Shown piece after piece: positions 29,877 through 38,334 of a stretch of 64,000 nt of DNA. The notes beneath the pieces are model-generated. The model did not search any database. It worked only from the letters and a program-made list of their open reading frames with translations, and had not been told where the DNA came from. This DNA is from Thermoplasmata archaeon (GTDB taxonomy: Archaea > Thermoplasmatota > E2 > JACPAO01 > JAHFTW01), in the NCBI GenBank assembly GCA_034667725.1, contig JAXDQS010000003.1, positions 288,001 through 352,000 on the forward strand, read 5' to 3'. Position numbers and translations under genes: made by a program. Within the stretch, counting starts at the first letter, position 1. Each line of letters begins with the position of its first letter.

Positions 29877-30893
29877 GTGCGGGTCTGCCTCGGCGGCACC
29901 TTCGAGCCGTTCCATGCCGGCCACCGCGCCCTGCTGCGCGCCGCCGCCGACGGCGCCACCGAACTGTTCGTCGGCATCACCGAGGGCAGCCTCGCGCACC
30001 GCGGCGACCGCGACGTGTCGCCTTGGCCCCGGCGCGCCGGCCTCGTCGAGTCGTTCCTGCGCAACGAAGGCCGGTACGCGGGCAAGCTCACCGTCCGCGC
30101 CCTCACCGACGCGCACGGGCCCGCCGCCACCGAGCCGTTCGACCGCATCGTCGTGAGCCCCGAGACCGAGCCGGGCGCGCACGCCATCAACGCCGCCCGC
30201 CGCGGCCGCGGCCTCGCGGAGCTGGAGGTCCGCGTCGTGCCGCACGTGCTGGGCGAGGACCTGCTGCCCATCGCCGCGACCGCCATCGCCGCCGGCCGCG
30301 TCGACCCGGACGGCAAGCGGCTGGCCCCGCTCCAGGTCGCCGTCGGATCCCAGAACGGCGTCAAGGTGGCCGCCGTGCGCGACGAGCTCGCCCGCCTCCT
30401 GCCGCTCACGGCCGAGGTGCGCGGCTTCGCGGTCGCAAGCGGCGTGCCCGAGCAGCCGCGCGACGGCGACACGCTGCGCGGCGCCCGCTCCCGCGCCCTC
30501 GCGGCGCGGACGGCGTGGCCCGGCTGCGACTACGCCGTCGGCATCGAGGCCGGGCTGGTGCGGTTTCCGGAGTCCGAGGGCTACCTGGAGGCGCAGGCGT
30601 GCGTCGTGCTCGACCGCGCCGGCTTCGAGACCCACGGCTGGGGACCCGCGTTCCACTACCCGGAGTGGGTGACGGAGCGGGCCTTGGCCGGCGAGATGGT
30701 GTCCACGATCTTGGGGCCCGTGGCCAACGATCCCAGGATCGGCAGCACGACGGGCGCCATCGGGTGGCTGACGGACGGCAAGATGGACCGGGTGGCGTTG
30801 TCGCGGGTGGCCGTGCTGATGGCGTTCGTGCCAAGGTTCCGGCGGAGGCTGTACGCTACGCGTCCCGCAACCCCGTCACCAGCCGCCCAATGA
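29877..30893 (+). CDS. bifunctional archaeal phosphopantetheine adenylyltransferase / inosine-xanthosine triphosphatase (CoaD-YjjX fusion)
   Basis: N-terminal GGTF..FHAGH, VVSPET and IN..R...GL. C-terminal VGSQN.VK..AV, SGVPEQP, VGIEAG and GAIG.LT.G...R. Confidence 0.88.
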   Translation: MRVCLGGTFEPFHAGHRALLRAAADGATELFVGITEGSLAHRGDRDVSPWPRRAGLVESFLRNEGRYAGKLTVRALTDAHGPAATEPFDRIVVSPETEPGAHAINAARRGRGLAELEVRVVPHVLGEDLLPIAATAIAAGRVDPDGKRLAPLQVAVGSQNGVKVAAVRDELARLLPLTAEVRGFAVASGVPEQPRDGDTLRGARSRALAARTAWPGCDYAVGIEAGLVRFPESEGYLEAQACVVLDRAGFETHGWGPAFHYPEWVTERALAGEMVSTILGPVANDPRIGSTTGAIGWLTDGKMDRVALSRVAVLMAFVPRFRRRLYATRPATPSPAAQ

Positions 30894-32043
30894 TCAATCG
30901 CTGGATCTGGTTGGTGCCTTCGTAGATGCCGAGGATCTTGGCGTCGCGCCAGTAGCGCTCGACGGGGTAGGCGTCGGTGTAGCCGTTGGCGCCGTGGACC
31001 TGGATGGCGTCCTCGCACACCTTCAGCGACATCTCGGCGACGAACAGCTTGCAGCGCGACACGGCCAGGGTCCAGTCGTCGCGGGTGACCTCGCCGCGGT
31101 CGAACGCCTCGCGGGCGCGGGCGGCCTGCCAGACCAGGAGGCGGCCGGCCATGATCTGGACCTCCATGTCGGCGAGCATCGCCTGGACGAGCTGGAAGTT
31201 GCCGATGGGCTTGCCGAACGCCTTGCGGTCGCGGGCGTAGTCGAGGCTGGCCTCATAGGCGGCCTGCGCGATGCCGACGCCGCCGGCGGCGACGCTGAGG
31301 CGGCCGTGGTTGAGGACGTGCATGGCGTTCTTCCAGCCCTCGCCCTCCTTGCCGATGAGATGGTCGGCGGGGATGCGGCAGTCGGTGAACGCGAGGGTCG
31401 CGGTGGGGCTGCTGCGGAGGCCGAGCTTGTTCTTGGTCTCGACGCCGACGCACTCGAAGCCGGGCGTGCCCTTGTCCACCATGAAGCAGCTGATGCCCTT
31501 GTGGCCCTTGGCGGGGTCGGTCTTGGCGTACACGATGACATGGTCCGCGATGCCGCCGTTGGAGATCCACGCCTTGGTGCCGTCCAGGACGTACTCGTTG
31601 CCCTTGCGGGTCGCCGTGGTGGCCATGCCGGCGGCGTCGGAGCCGGAGCCGGGTTCGGTGAGCGCCCAGGCGCCCAGCTTCTTGCCGGCCGCCATGTCGG
31701 GCAGCCAGCGCTTCTTCTGCTCCGGGCTCGCGAAGTACTTCAGGGTCGAGCCGCACAGCGAGCCGTGCACCGAGATGCTGGTGCGCAGGCTGCTGCAGCC
31801 CTTGGCCAGCTCCTCGGTGAGCAGCGCGTAGGCGACGGCGTCGAGGCCGCCCCCGCCATACTCCGAAGGGAACGGTGCGCCCAGCAGGCCCTGCTCCGCC
31901 ATCCTGGTGTAGATCTCGTGCGGGTGGTCGCCGGCCTCCTCCCACTGCCGCACGATGGCGGGGGTGATGTGCTGCTGGACGAACGCGCGCGTCATGTCGC
32001 GGACCATGCGCTGCTCGTCCGAGAGGGTGAACTCGACGGCCAC
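30856..32043 (-). CDS. acyl-CoA dehydrogenase
   Basis: ALTEPGSGSDA, G.K.WISNG, KLGLR, R.AFGKPI, QVHGANGY and IYEGTNQIQR motifs. Confidence 0.95.
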   Translation of the reverse strand: MAVEFTLSDEQRMVRDMTRAFVQQHITPAIVRQWEEAGDHPHEIYTRMAEQGLLGAPFPSEYGGGGLDAVAYALLTEELAKGCSSLRTSISVHGSLCGSTLKYFASPEQKKRWLPDMAAGKKLGAWALTEPGSGSDAAGMATTATRKGNEYVLDGTKAWISNGGIADHVIVYAKTDPAKGHKGISCFMVDKGTPGFECVGVETKNKLGLRSSPTATLAFTDCRIPADHLIGKEGEGWKNAMHVLNHGRLSVAAGGVGIAQAAYEASLDYARDRKAFGKPIGNFQLVQAMLADMEVQIMAGRLLVWQAARAREAFDRGEVTRDDWTLAVSRCKLFVAEMSLKVCEDAIQVHGANGYTDAYPVERYWRDAKILGIYEGTNQIQRLIIGRLVTGLRDA

Positions 32044-32073
32044 GGCGCGGCGACCGCGCCTTTGCTCATAACG

Positions 32074-32253
32074 CTAGGCGGCGGTCGCGACCAGCCGCTC
32101 GTCCCGGCTGTTGCGGGACGCGATGCCGCCCTTGTCGTGGACGCGGTGGGCCAGCTCGCTCAAGACGGCGGCGCTGACGGCGGTGACCGCGATGGGGACG
32201 AGGACATACTTGACCGCCAGCTTGGCGGAGAACCAGACGAGGCGCCCGAGCAT
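32074..32253 (-). CDS. small (59 aa) single-TM protein, not in ORF track
   Basis: MLGRLVWFSAKLAVKYVLVPIAVTAVSAAVLSELAHRVHDKGGIASRNSRDERLVATAA*. Strong GC3 bias, fills an intergenic gap, TTAAAT about 27 nt upstream. Confidence 0.65.
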   Translation of the reverse strand: MLGRLVWFSAKLAVKYVLVPIAVTAVSAAVLSELAHRVHDKGGIASRNSRDERLVATAA

Positions 32254-32280
32254 AGCCTTGGATGTTCCCCTTCGCGGTAT

Positions 32281-33474
32281 TTAATCCCGCCCGGCAAAGG
32301 CTAGGCTTGGGGCGCAGGCCGGTCCCAGGACGCTGGTGCCGGGCACGCCGTGCAGCGCCGACGCCGTGCCGGCCACCCCCGGCGCGCCCGGCACGCCGGC
32401 CGGCGCCCCGGCCCCGCCGGGCCCGCCGTCGCCGCCGAGGGCCGCGGCCTCGGCTCGGCCTTGGCCGCCGGGCCGGCCGCACAGGGCGTTGCCGCCGTCG
32501 CCGGCCTTGGCGTTGGCGGTGCCGCCGTTGCCGCCGAGGCCGCCGTCGCCGCCCTTGCAGGCGCCGAACCAATGGTCGCCGCCGGCGCCGCCCGCCCCGC
32601 CCCGGCCGCCTGCCGCCCCGGCGCGGGCGTCGCCGCCGCGGCCGCCGGCGCTGAAGCCGGCGCCCCCTGCGCCTCCGGTGGCGGTGGCGTCGCCGCCGTT
32701 GCCGCCGTGCCCGCCGTTGCCGCCGGCGGTGCAGGTCCACCAGCCGCCGGCGCCGTCGCGGCCGGCCTCGCCGGCCTCGCCGCCGACCTCGGCGCAGGCG
32801 TCGCCGCCGTCGCCGCCGCGCCCGAGCGCCTGGGCGTCGCCGGGCTCGCCGTCGGGCTGGCCGCAGGCGGCCTCGGTCCCCGTGGCGTCAGCGAGGGTGA
32901 GGTCGGGCGCCAGGGTCCAGCCGCCCGCGAGGGCCGGGTCGAAGGCGCCGCCGGGCCCGCCCGCGCCTCCGGTCGCGCGGGGGCCGGTGGCGTCGCCGCC
33001 GTCGCCGCCCCGCCCGAGCGCGAGGGTGGCGCCGATCCACGCCTCGCCGGCGTGGACCGCGAGCGAGCCGCCGCGGCCGCCGGCGCCGCCTTGGCCTGCG
33101 GCGTCGCCGCCGGCGCCGCCGCTGCCGGTGACCAGGAGGGCGCCCACCTCGGCCCGGACCTGGTGGGCCGCGAGGACGATGCCGCCGCCGTCGGCGCCGG
33201 CTTCGCCGGGCGCGCCGCGGCGGCCGTCCGCGGCCTGCAGCAGGGCGCCGGCGCCGAGGGTGATGGCGTCGGCTTGCAGGACGAGGTCGCCGGGGGTGAG
33301 CTTCAGGAGGCTGCCTTCGACCTGGATGGTGGCGGCGACGACGGGGCCGTCCACGACGACGATGGCGCCGGCGGGGACGACGAACGCGGCGGCGGGGCCG
33401 TCGCCTTCGGCGGCGGGCAGGGCGGGGACCAGCAGCACCAGGGCTGCGAGGGCTTGGATGGCAGGGTGGGCCAT
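32281..33474 (-). CDS. secreted glycine-rich (GGxGGxGG, PGRS-like) protein
   Basis: Signal MAHPAIQALAALVLLVPALPAAEG. Repeated GGAGG/GGDGG/GGNGG blocks interleaved with short beta strands and several Cys. Confidence 0.75.
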   Translation of the reverse strand: MAHPAIQALAALVLLVPALPAAEGDGPAAAFVVPAGAIVVVDGPVVAATIQVEGSLLKLTPGDLVLQADAITLGAGALLQAADGRRGAPGEAGADGGGIVLAAHQVRAEVGALLVTGSGGAGGDAAGQGGAGGRGGSLAVHAGEAWIGATLALGRGGDGGDATGPRATGGAGGPGGAFDPALAGGWTLAPDLTLADATGTEAACGQPDGEPGDAQALGRGGDGGDACAEVGGEAGEAGRDGAGGWWTCTAGGNGGHGGNGGDATATGGAGGAGFSAGGRGGDARAGAAGGRGGAGGAGGDHWFGACKGGDGGLGGNGGTANAKAGDGGNALCGRPGGQGRAEAAALGGDGGPGGAGAPAGVPGAPGVAGTASALHGVPGTSVLGPACAPSLAFAGRD

Positions 33475-33632
33475 GCGCCTTGGAGGGCGGGTCCCAGGAG
33501 AGTCGCAAACGCTCGGGCCCCGCCCCGTCCTATGCAAAAGCCCTTCAACCCGCACCAGGTCGGAATGTCCAGATTCGTACATCGGGTGCTTTCTTGGTCC
33601 GCTGGAACCCTTTCAAGCGCAAGTCCGCCCCC

Positions 33633-34457
33633 GTGGCGTCCGGGTGTCCGTTCGGCTTCGGGTCCGCCGCCGTCACCGCATTGGCGGCGCCCGCCGTCAC
33701 GCCGACCCCCGACTCCCCCGGCCACAGCGCCGCCGGCATGGTCCCCAACACCCCGCGCGGCAACCCTCAGCCGCTGCCCGGCCCGGCCAACGTCTCCGAC
33801 TACGAGAAGTACATGCGCGTGCCGGAGCTGCTGACGCTCCAGAAGCCCGAGGCCGCCCTCGTCCACCACGACGAGCTGATGTTCCAGGTCGTCCACCAGA
33901 GCTTCGAATTGTGGTGCAAGCTGGTGCTGTTCGAGCTGCGCACCGTCGGCAAGCTGCTGGACGAGGACCGCGTCGTCGAGGCCTACCCGCTGATCGAGCG
34001 CTGCACCGACGTCGTCAAGCTCCAGACCGACGCCATCCACGTCCTCGAGCGCATGCACCCGATGGACTTCCACGTCATCCGCGCCGCCCTCGGCCAAGGC
34101 TCCGGCGCCGAGTCCCCCGGCTTCCGCGACATCCAGCTCCACGCCCCCAGGCTCTGGCCCAAGGTCGAGGCGCTGCTGAAGCGCCGCGGCGCCAGCCTGC
34201 TGGAGATCTACGCCGAGCCCCGCAGCCACCCCGACCTCTTGCGGCTGCTGGAGCACCTCACCGACCTGGACATGTTCTTCCACATCTGGCGGCTGAACCA
34301 CCTCGCCATGGTCAAGCGCGTCATCGGCCGCGACGTCAAGTCCCTCAAGGGCTACGCCGTCCACCAGTTGGAAGTCGACGTCCAGATGGTGCTGTGGCCC
34401 GCCCTGTGGAAGGTGCGCAACCAGATCACGGAACGGGCAGGGACGAGCCCGCCTTGA
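33633..34457 (+). CDS. kynA: tryptophan 2,3-dioxygenase
   Basis: Y..Y....ELL.LQ, HDELMFQVVHQSFELW, F..IR..LG.GSG.ESPGFR, WRLNH..MV.RVIG and P.LW.VR motifs. Start uncertain (GTG 33633 giving SGCPF, or ATG 33738). Confidence 0.9.
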   Translation: MASGCPFGFGSAAVTALAAPAVTPTPDSPGHSAAGMVPNTPRGNPQPLPGPANVSDYEKYMRVPELLTLQKPEAALVHHDELMFQVVHQSFELWCKLVLFELRTVGKLLDEDRVVEAYPLIERCTDVVKLQTDAIHVLERMHPMDFHVIRAALGQGSGAESPGFRDIQLHAPRLWPKVEALLKRRGASLLEIYAEPRSHPDLLRLLEHLTDLDMFFHIWRLNHLAMVKRVIGRDVKSLKGYAVHQLEVDVQMVLWPALWKVRNQITERAGTSPP

Positions 34458-34525
34458 CCGGCTTCTTCCGCTTGTCCAGCCACGAAATTGGCAACATCTA
34501 AGTGCGAACCTTCGTGGGACGCCTG

Positions 34526-35539
34526 ATGCTGCGACCCTTGGCCTGGCTTGCGCCCGCCTTGCTCTTGGCGGGGTGTATCGGCGGCAACGGACCCGACGAG
34601 GTGGTCGGGCGCGAGCAGACGTTCGTCGTCCACGTCCTTGGGCCCGACGAACCTGTCCCTGGCGAGGTCCGGCTGAACCTCTTCTGGCAGGTGGGCGACG
34701 CGCTGTATCACATCGGGGGGCACGCCCACGACGGTGAAGCCGTCTTCCACGTTCCCCGGGAGGTCGTCGAGGTCCGTCTGCGGGCGGGCGGCGACGGATG
34801 GGCCAACGACATGGTGGGCGTGAAGGCGGCCGCCGCCGACGGGCAGGCCACCGTGCAAATCTACCCGGCGAAGGTGGAGGGGCGCGTCGAGGGCGTGTGG
34901 CAGACGCCGAACCCGCCAGCGAGCCCTCTGCCAATGCCCTTGGGCGTGGCCTTGACGCCTTGGCGGATGCACGACGTCACGCCCGGGGCCACCGAGGAAA
35001 CGCGCGCGGGGTTCCAGAGCCGACTCGTGCGCGCCAACGCGACGCTCGCTTGGTCGAACGGCCCCGGGGCGCAGGCGGATTTCGGGGCCGGCCTGCTGCG
35101 CCGCGACGCCGCCGACGAGTGCGCGTTCGCAGACAACGAAAACCAGTTCGGCGTGGACGGCGCCGCCCAGGAGTCGTTGGAGGCCAAGAGCACGTTCGGC
35201 TATGATCCGTGCAAGGCCTACCTCTCCTCCGGCGACCCCGACGGCCTGCCCTTGAAGGGCATCCTGGCCGGGCCCATGGCGCGCGGCGCCGTCGTCGGGC
35301 CGGTCGGCTACGCCGTGGACTATCGGCTGGAGTTTGGCGACCCCGTTGTTGGGGACGCTTTCGAGTTTGACGACGGATGCCCCGTGTGCCACTACGACAC
35401 GTTCTACGAGGTCGACCCCGAGACGGGCGACGCCTACCGGATGTCGTGGCCCCTGGGCGCCGCCGCCTCGCCCGCGCTGGCTGCGATGGCCGTCCTTCTG
35501 CTGGCCGCCATTCCCCTGCGCCGCCGCAAGGCGCCCTAG
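34526..35539 (+). CDS. putative lipoprotein with C-terminal TM/basic anchor
   Basis: Lipobox LLLAGC. C-terminal PALAAMAVLLLAAIPLRRRK. Contains CPVCH. Confidence 0.7.
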   Translation: MLRPLAWLAPALLLAGCIGGNGPDEVVGREQTFVVHVLGPDEPVPGEVRLNLFWQVGDALYHIGGHAHDGEAVFHVPREVVEVRLRAGGDGWANDMVGVKAAAADGQATVQIYPAKVEGRVEGVWQTPNPPASPLPMPLGVALTPWRMHDVTPGATEETRAGFQSRLVRANATLAWSNGPGAQADFGAGLLRRDAADECAFADNENQFGVDGAAQESLEAKSTFGYDPCKAYLSSGDPDGLPLKGILAGPMARGAVVGPVGYAVDYRLEFGDPVVGDAFEFDDGCPVCHYDTFYEVDPETGDAYRMSWPLGAAASPALAAMAVLLLAAIPLRRRKAP

Positions 35540-35583
35540 GGCATGCGAAGCCTTCAGATACGCGCCTCCATGGGACGCTGCCC

Positions 35584-36822
35584 TTGCTGTTCGACGTGTT
35601 CTTCAGCATCTCGCAGACGCCGGTCGACGGCCGCACGCCGTCGGAGCCCGAGATGCTCCGGAGCTTCTTCGATCAAGTCGAGGCCGCCGACCGGCTCGGC
35701 TACGGGGTGGCGTGGATCGCGGAGTCGCACCTCTCCACCCACGTCCAGAAGCGCAACCCCAACCCCGTCGTCCCCCACTGGCAGGGCGAGGTGGGCCTCA
35801 ACGCGGACATCCTGCAGATGGCGCACGCCGTGTTCGCGCGCACCCGGCGCATCGAGGTCGGCAGCGCGGTGCTGAACCTGCTGTGCAACGGCGGCCCCGT
35901 CGCGCACGCCGAGCGCATCGCCACCTGGGCCAGCCTGCACGGCCTCGACCCCAGCGAACGCCGCCGGCTCCACGTCGGCTTCAGCGCCGGCCGCTTCGAC
36001 TACCAGAACCGCGCCTACGGCGTCGTCCCCCGCACGCCGCTGGAGAAGGCGATGCCGTTCGGCCTGTGGAAGGGCAAGGTGTTCGAGGAGGCCGCCGAAG
36101 TGTTCGCCCGCGTCCTGCTGGGCGGCGTCGTGGCCGGCGCCGACGTCGCGGAGCGCACGGTCGCGCGCGCCGACTGCCGCACCGACGCCGACTGGGACCG
36201 CATCGCCGCCGCCGCGAGCGCCGAAGGCCGGCTCGACGGCGACCGCGTGCGGCTGCCGAAGTGGTTCACCTTCGAGCCGCTCCAGGTGATTCCGAAGGAG
36301 TGGCGGCGCGGCCTGGTGCAGCTCGTCGTCGGCAGCCACGACCCCGTCGTGCACGCCCTCGTCAACCGGTTCCTGCCGGCGCACATCGCCAACCTGAGCA
36401 TCACGCCGCCCGCCGTCATCGAGGCGACCCACGACCGGATGCGGCGCGAGTTCCATCCGGACGGCGGCCCGTGGAAGCGCTCCTACATGCCGCGCACCGT
36501 CATGGTGTTCCTCAACGAGGAGGCCGGCCTCACGCCGGCGGCGCGGACCGAGGCGGCCAAGGCCGAGGCGAAGAAGGCGCTCACCGCCTACTGGAACGCG
36601 CTGGAGGGCACGCTCGACCCCAAGAAGGTGAACGAGGCGGCGGACAACGCTGTCATCGGCAACGCCGCGGAGGTCGCGTCCCAACTGGCGGCGCGCTACC
36701 ACCCGGAGGACCGCCTCATGCTCTGGTTCGACTTCTTCAACCACGACTCGGCGCGCGTGATCCGGAACATGGAGGCGTTCATGCAGAAGGTCGCGCCGAG
36801 GCTGCAGGAGGTCGCCGCATGA
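35584..36822 (+). CDS. luciferase-like (LLM class) flavin-dependent monooxygenase
   Basis: AD.LGY..AWIAESH, ARTRRIEVGSAV.NL, P..HAE.IA, RL.VGFSAG and C-terminal 'V.R.ME.F..KVAP.L' typical of the LLM TIM barrel. Confidence 0.88.
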   Translation: MLFDVFFSISQTPVDGRTPSEPEMLRSFFDQVEAADRLGYGVAWIAESHLSTHVQKRNPNPVVPHWQGEVGLNADILQMAHAVFARTRRIEVGSAVLNLLCNGGPVAHAERIATWASLHGLDPSERRRLHVGFSAGRFDYQNRAYGVVPRTPLEKAMPFGLWKGKVFEEAAEVFARVLLGGVVAGADVAERTVARADCRTDADWDRIAAAASAEGRLDGDRVRLPKWFTFEPLQVIPKEWRRGLVQLVVGSHDPVVHALVNRFLPAHIANLSITPPAVIEATHDRMRREFHPDGGPWKRSYMPRTVMVFLNEEAGLTPAARTEAAKAEAKKALTAYWNALEGTLDPKKVNEAADNAVIGNAAEVASQLAARYHPEDRLMLWFDFFNHDSARVIRNMEAFMQKVAPRLQEVAA

Positions 36823-37949
36823 AGCATCACCTGGAGTCCGGCCCCGGCTCCGAGATGTACCCCACCTCGCCGCTCGGGGAGCAGGCCAAAGGCATCCCGA
36901 CCGGCCGCGACGTCGAGTGGGAGCCGCTGGTGGACTACCGCCGCCACGGCATCAGCGAGACCACCATCCACGGCGCCGTCGCGTGGGCCAGCGGCAAGAA
37001 GATCATCCACTCCTTCGGCGGCAACGTGCTGTGCTACGGCCGCTCGATGATGAAGCCGTTCGCGATGAAGGTGTTCGCCGAGGAGCTCGCGGGCCTGTCG
37101 TGGGAGCAGAAGGCGATCGCGTGCAGCAGCCACAACGGCGACGTCGAGCACGTGGCGGCCGCCCAGAGCATCCTGCAACCGACCGAGTGGGGCCTGATGC
37201 AGGCGCCGCTCGACGTGCCCCTCGTGCAGTTCGGCCGCCAGGTGCGCCGCCCCCGCCGCTGGTACCACACCTGCTCCGGCGAGCACGCCGCCATCCTGCG
37301 GGGCTGCAAGGCGAAGGGCTGGCCGCGCATCGGCTACCTGCTGCCGCAGCATCCCTGGTTCTCGGCCTACCTGGGCCAGATGCAGCGCTTCCTCGGCAAC
37401 GACTGGCAGCCGCTGCGGGTCGCCCGCGACGGCTGCGGCCTGCCCACCGCCAGCAACACGGTCGCCGAGCTTGCCCTGCTGTACGCGAGCCTGGCCCAGC
37501 GCAAGGACGAGGACTGGATCTGGGAGGCGATGGTGCGCAACCCGGACCTGGTGGGCGGCTTCAACCGGCTCGACTCGACCATCCTGAAGGCGTGCGGCGG
37601 CAAGGTCCTGGCCAAGGAGGGCGCCGACGGCCTGCTGGGCCTCGCCATCGAGCACCCGGACTACCCGGACGGCCTCGGCGTCGTCATCAAGATCGCCCAC
37701 GGCTGGAACCCGCGGGCCACCTGGTACGTCGCGCGGGCCATCCTCGGCGTCCTCGGCTTCGAGCTCAGGAACCCCTACAAGCTGCACCGCCAGAAGGCGT
37801 TCCTGGTCCCCGGCATCGTGCCCCCGAAATACGCCAAGGCGCTGGAGGAGATCCCCACGTGGGACACTTGGGACCCCAACGACGACCGCTGGTACTACGA
37901 CTGGGAGAAGTGGAGCGAGGAGTGGCCGGCGCCGGGGTGGTCGCCGTGA
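36819..37949 (+). CDS. class 3 (Rhizobium etli AnsA-type, Asparaginase_II) asparaginase homologue with altered active site
   Basis: RSMMKP, SSHNG..EH, TCSGEH (canonical NCSGKH), DGCGLP and AKEGADG motifs. ATGA overlap with the LLM gene. Confidence 0.82.
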   Translation: MKHHLESGPGSEMYPTSPLGEQAKGIPTGRDVEWEPLVDYRRHGISETTIHGAVAWASGKKIIHSFGGNVLCYGRSMMKPFAMKVFAEELAGLSWEQKAIACSSHNGDVEHVAAAQSILQPTEWGLMQAPLDVPLVQFGRQVRRPRRWYHTCSGEHAAILRGCKAKGWPRIGYLLPQHPWFSAYLGQMQRFLGNDWQPLRVARDGCGLPTASNTVAELALLYASLAQRKDEDWIWEAMVRNPDLVGGFNRLDSTILKACGGKVLAKEGADGLLGLAIEHPDYPDGLGVVIKIAHGWNPRATWYVARAILGVLGFELRNPYKLHRQKAFLVPGIVPPKYAKALEEIPTWDTWDPNDDRWYYDWEKWSEEWPAPGWSP

Positions 37950-38317
37950 AGGAGCCCCGCGCCGCCGCGCTGGCGCTCGCCGTGGCCGCCGTGCTGGCGT
38001 TCTGGGTCCCCCTGCTGCTTGCCGTCGACGGCCGGTCCTGGGCCCTCTGGCTCACGTCGTTCACGCACGTCCCGGCCTGGATCGCCTTGGCCTTGGCCTG
38101 GCCCGCCGACCGCGTCGTCGTCCTGGGGCAATGGCGCAGCATCGCGCTCCTGCTCGCCCTTGCCGCCATCGCCGGCCACGCCTGGTTCTCGCTGCTGGTG
38201 TCCCTCAACAGCGGCCTCCCCTTGGCAGCGATTCTGGCCCTTTTGGTGCCCGCGATCGTGCTGGCGGCCCGCTGGCATCTCGCCTCGCCCCAGGCGGAAA
38301 CCCCCATGAACCCCTAG
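37946..38317 (+). CDS. small 4-TM membrane protein
   Basis: GTGA overlap with the upstream stop; four hydrophobic segments. Confidence 0.6.
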   Translation: MKEPRAAALALAVAAVLAFWVPLLLAVDGRSWALWLTSFTHVPAWIALALAWPADRVVVLGQWRSIALLLALAAIAGHAWFSLLVSLNSGLPLAAILALLVPAIVLAARWHLASPQAETPMNP

Positions 38318-38334
38318 GCCTCGTGGCCTCCTTG

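Noticed and set aside
28041-30656. 871-aa ORF and other long Arg/Pro/Gly-rich track ORFs (e.g. 20911-22920, 35334-37949, 38454-41297, 56770-58965)
   Set aside because: These are upstream read-through in off-frames of neighbouring genes. Only the C-terminal parts are real and were trimmed to inferred starts; they are not true fusions.
32281-33474. PE_PGRS implying an actinobacterial origin of the window
   Set aside because: There is no PE domain, and the window carries many archaeal marker genes (dys, cbf5, adkA, DUF106, mptE).
36819-37949. Ordinary L-asparaginase (ansA) for Asn utilisation
   Set aside because: The signature motif is altered, the gene is coupled to a monooxygenase in a Trp cluster, and no aspartase or Asn permease is nearby. 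The symbol was withheld.
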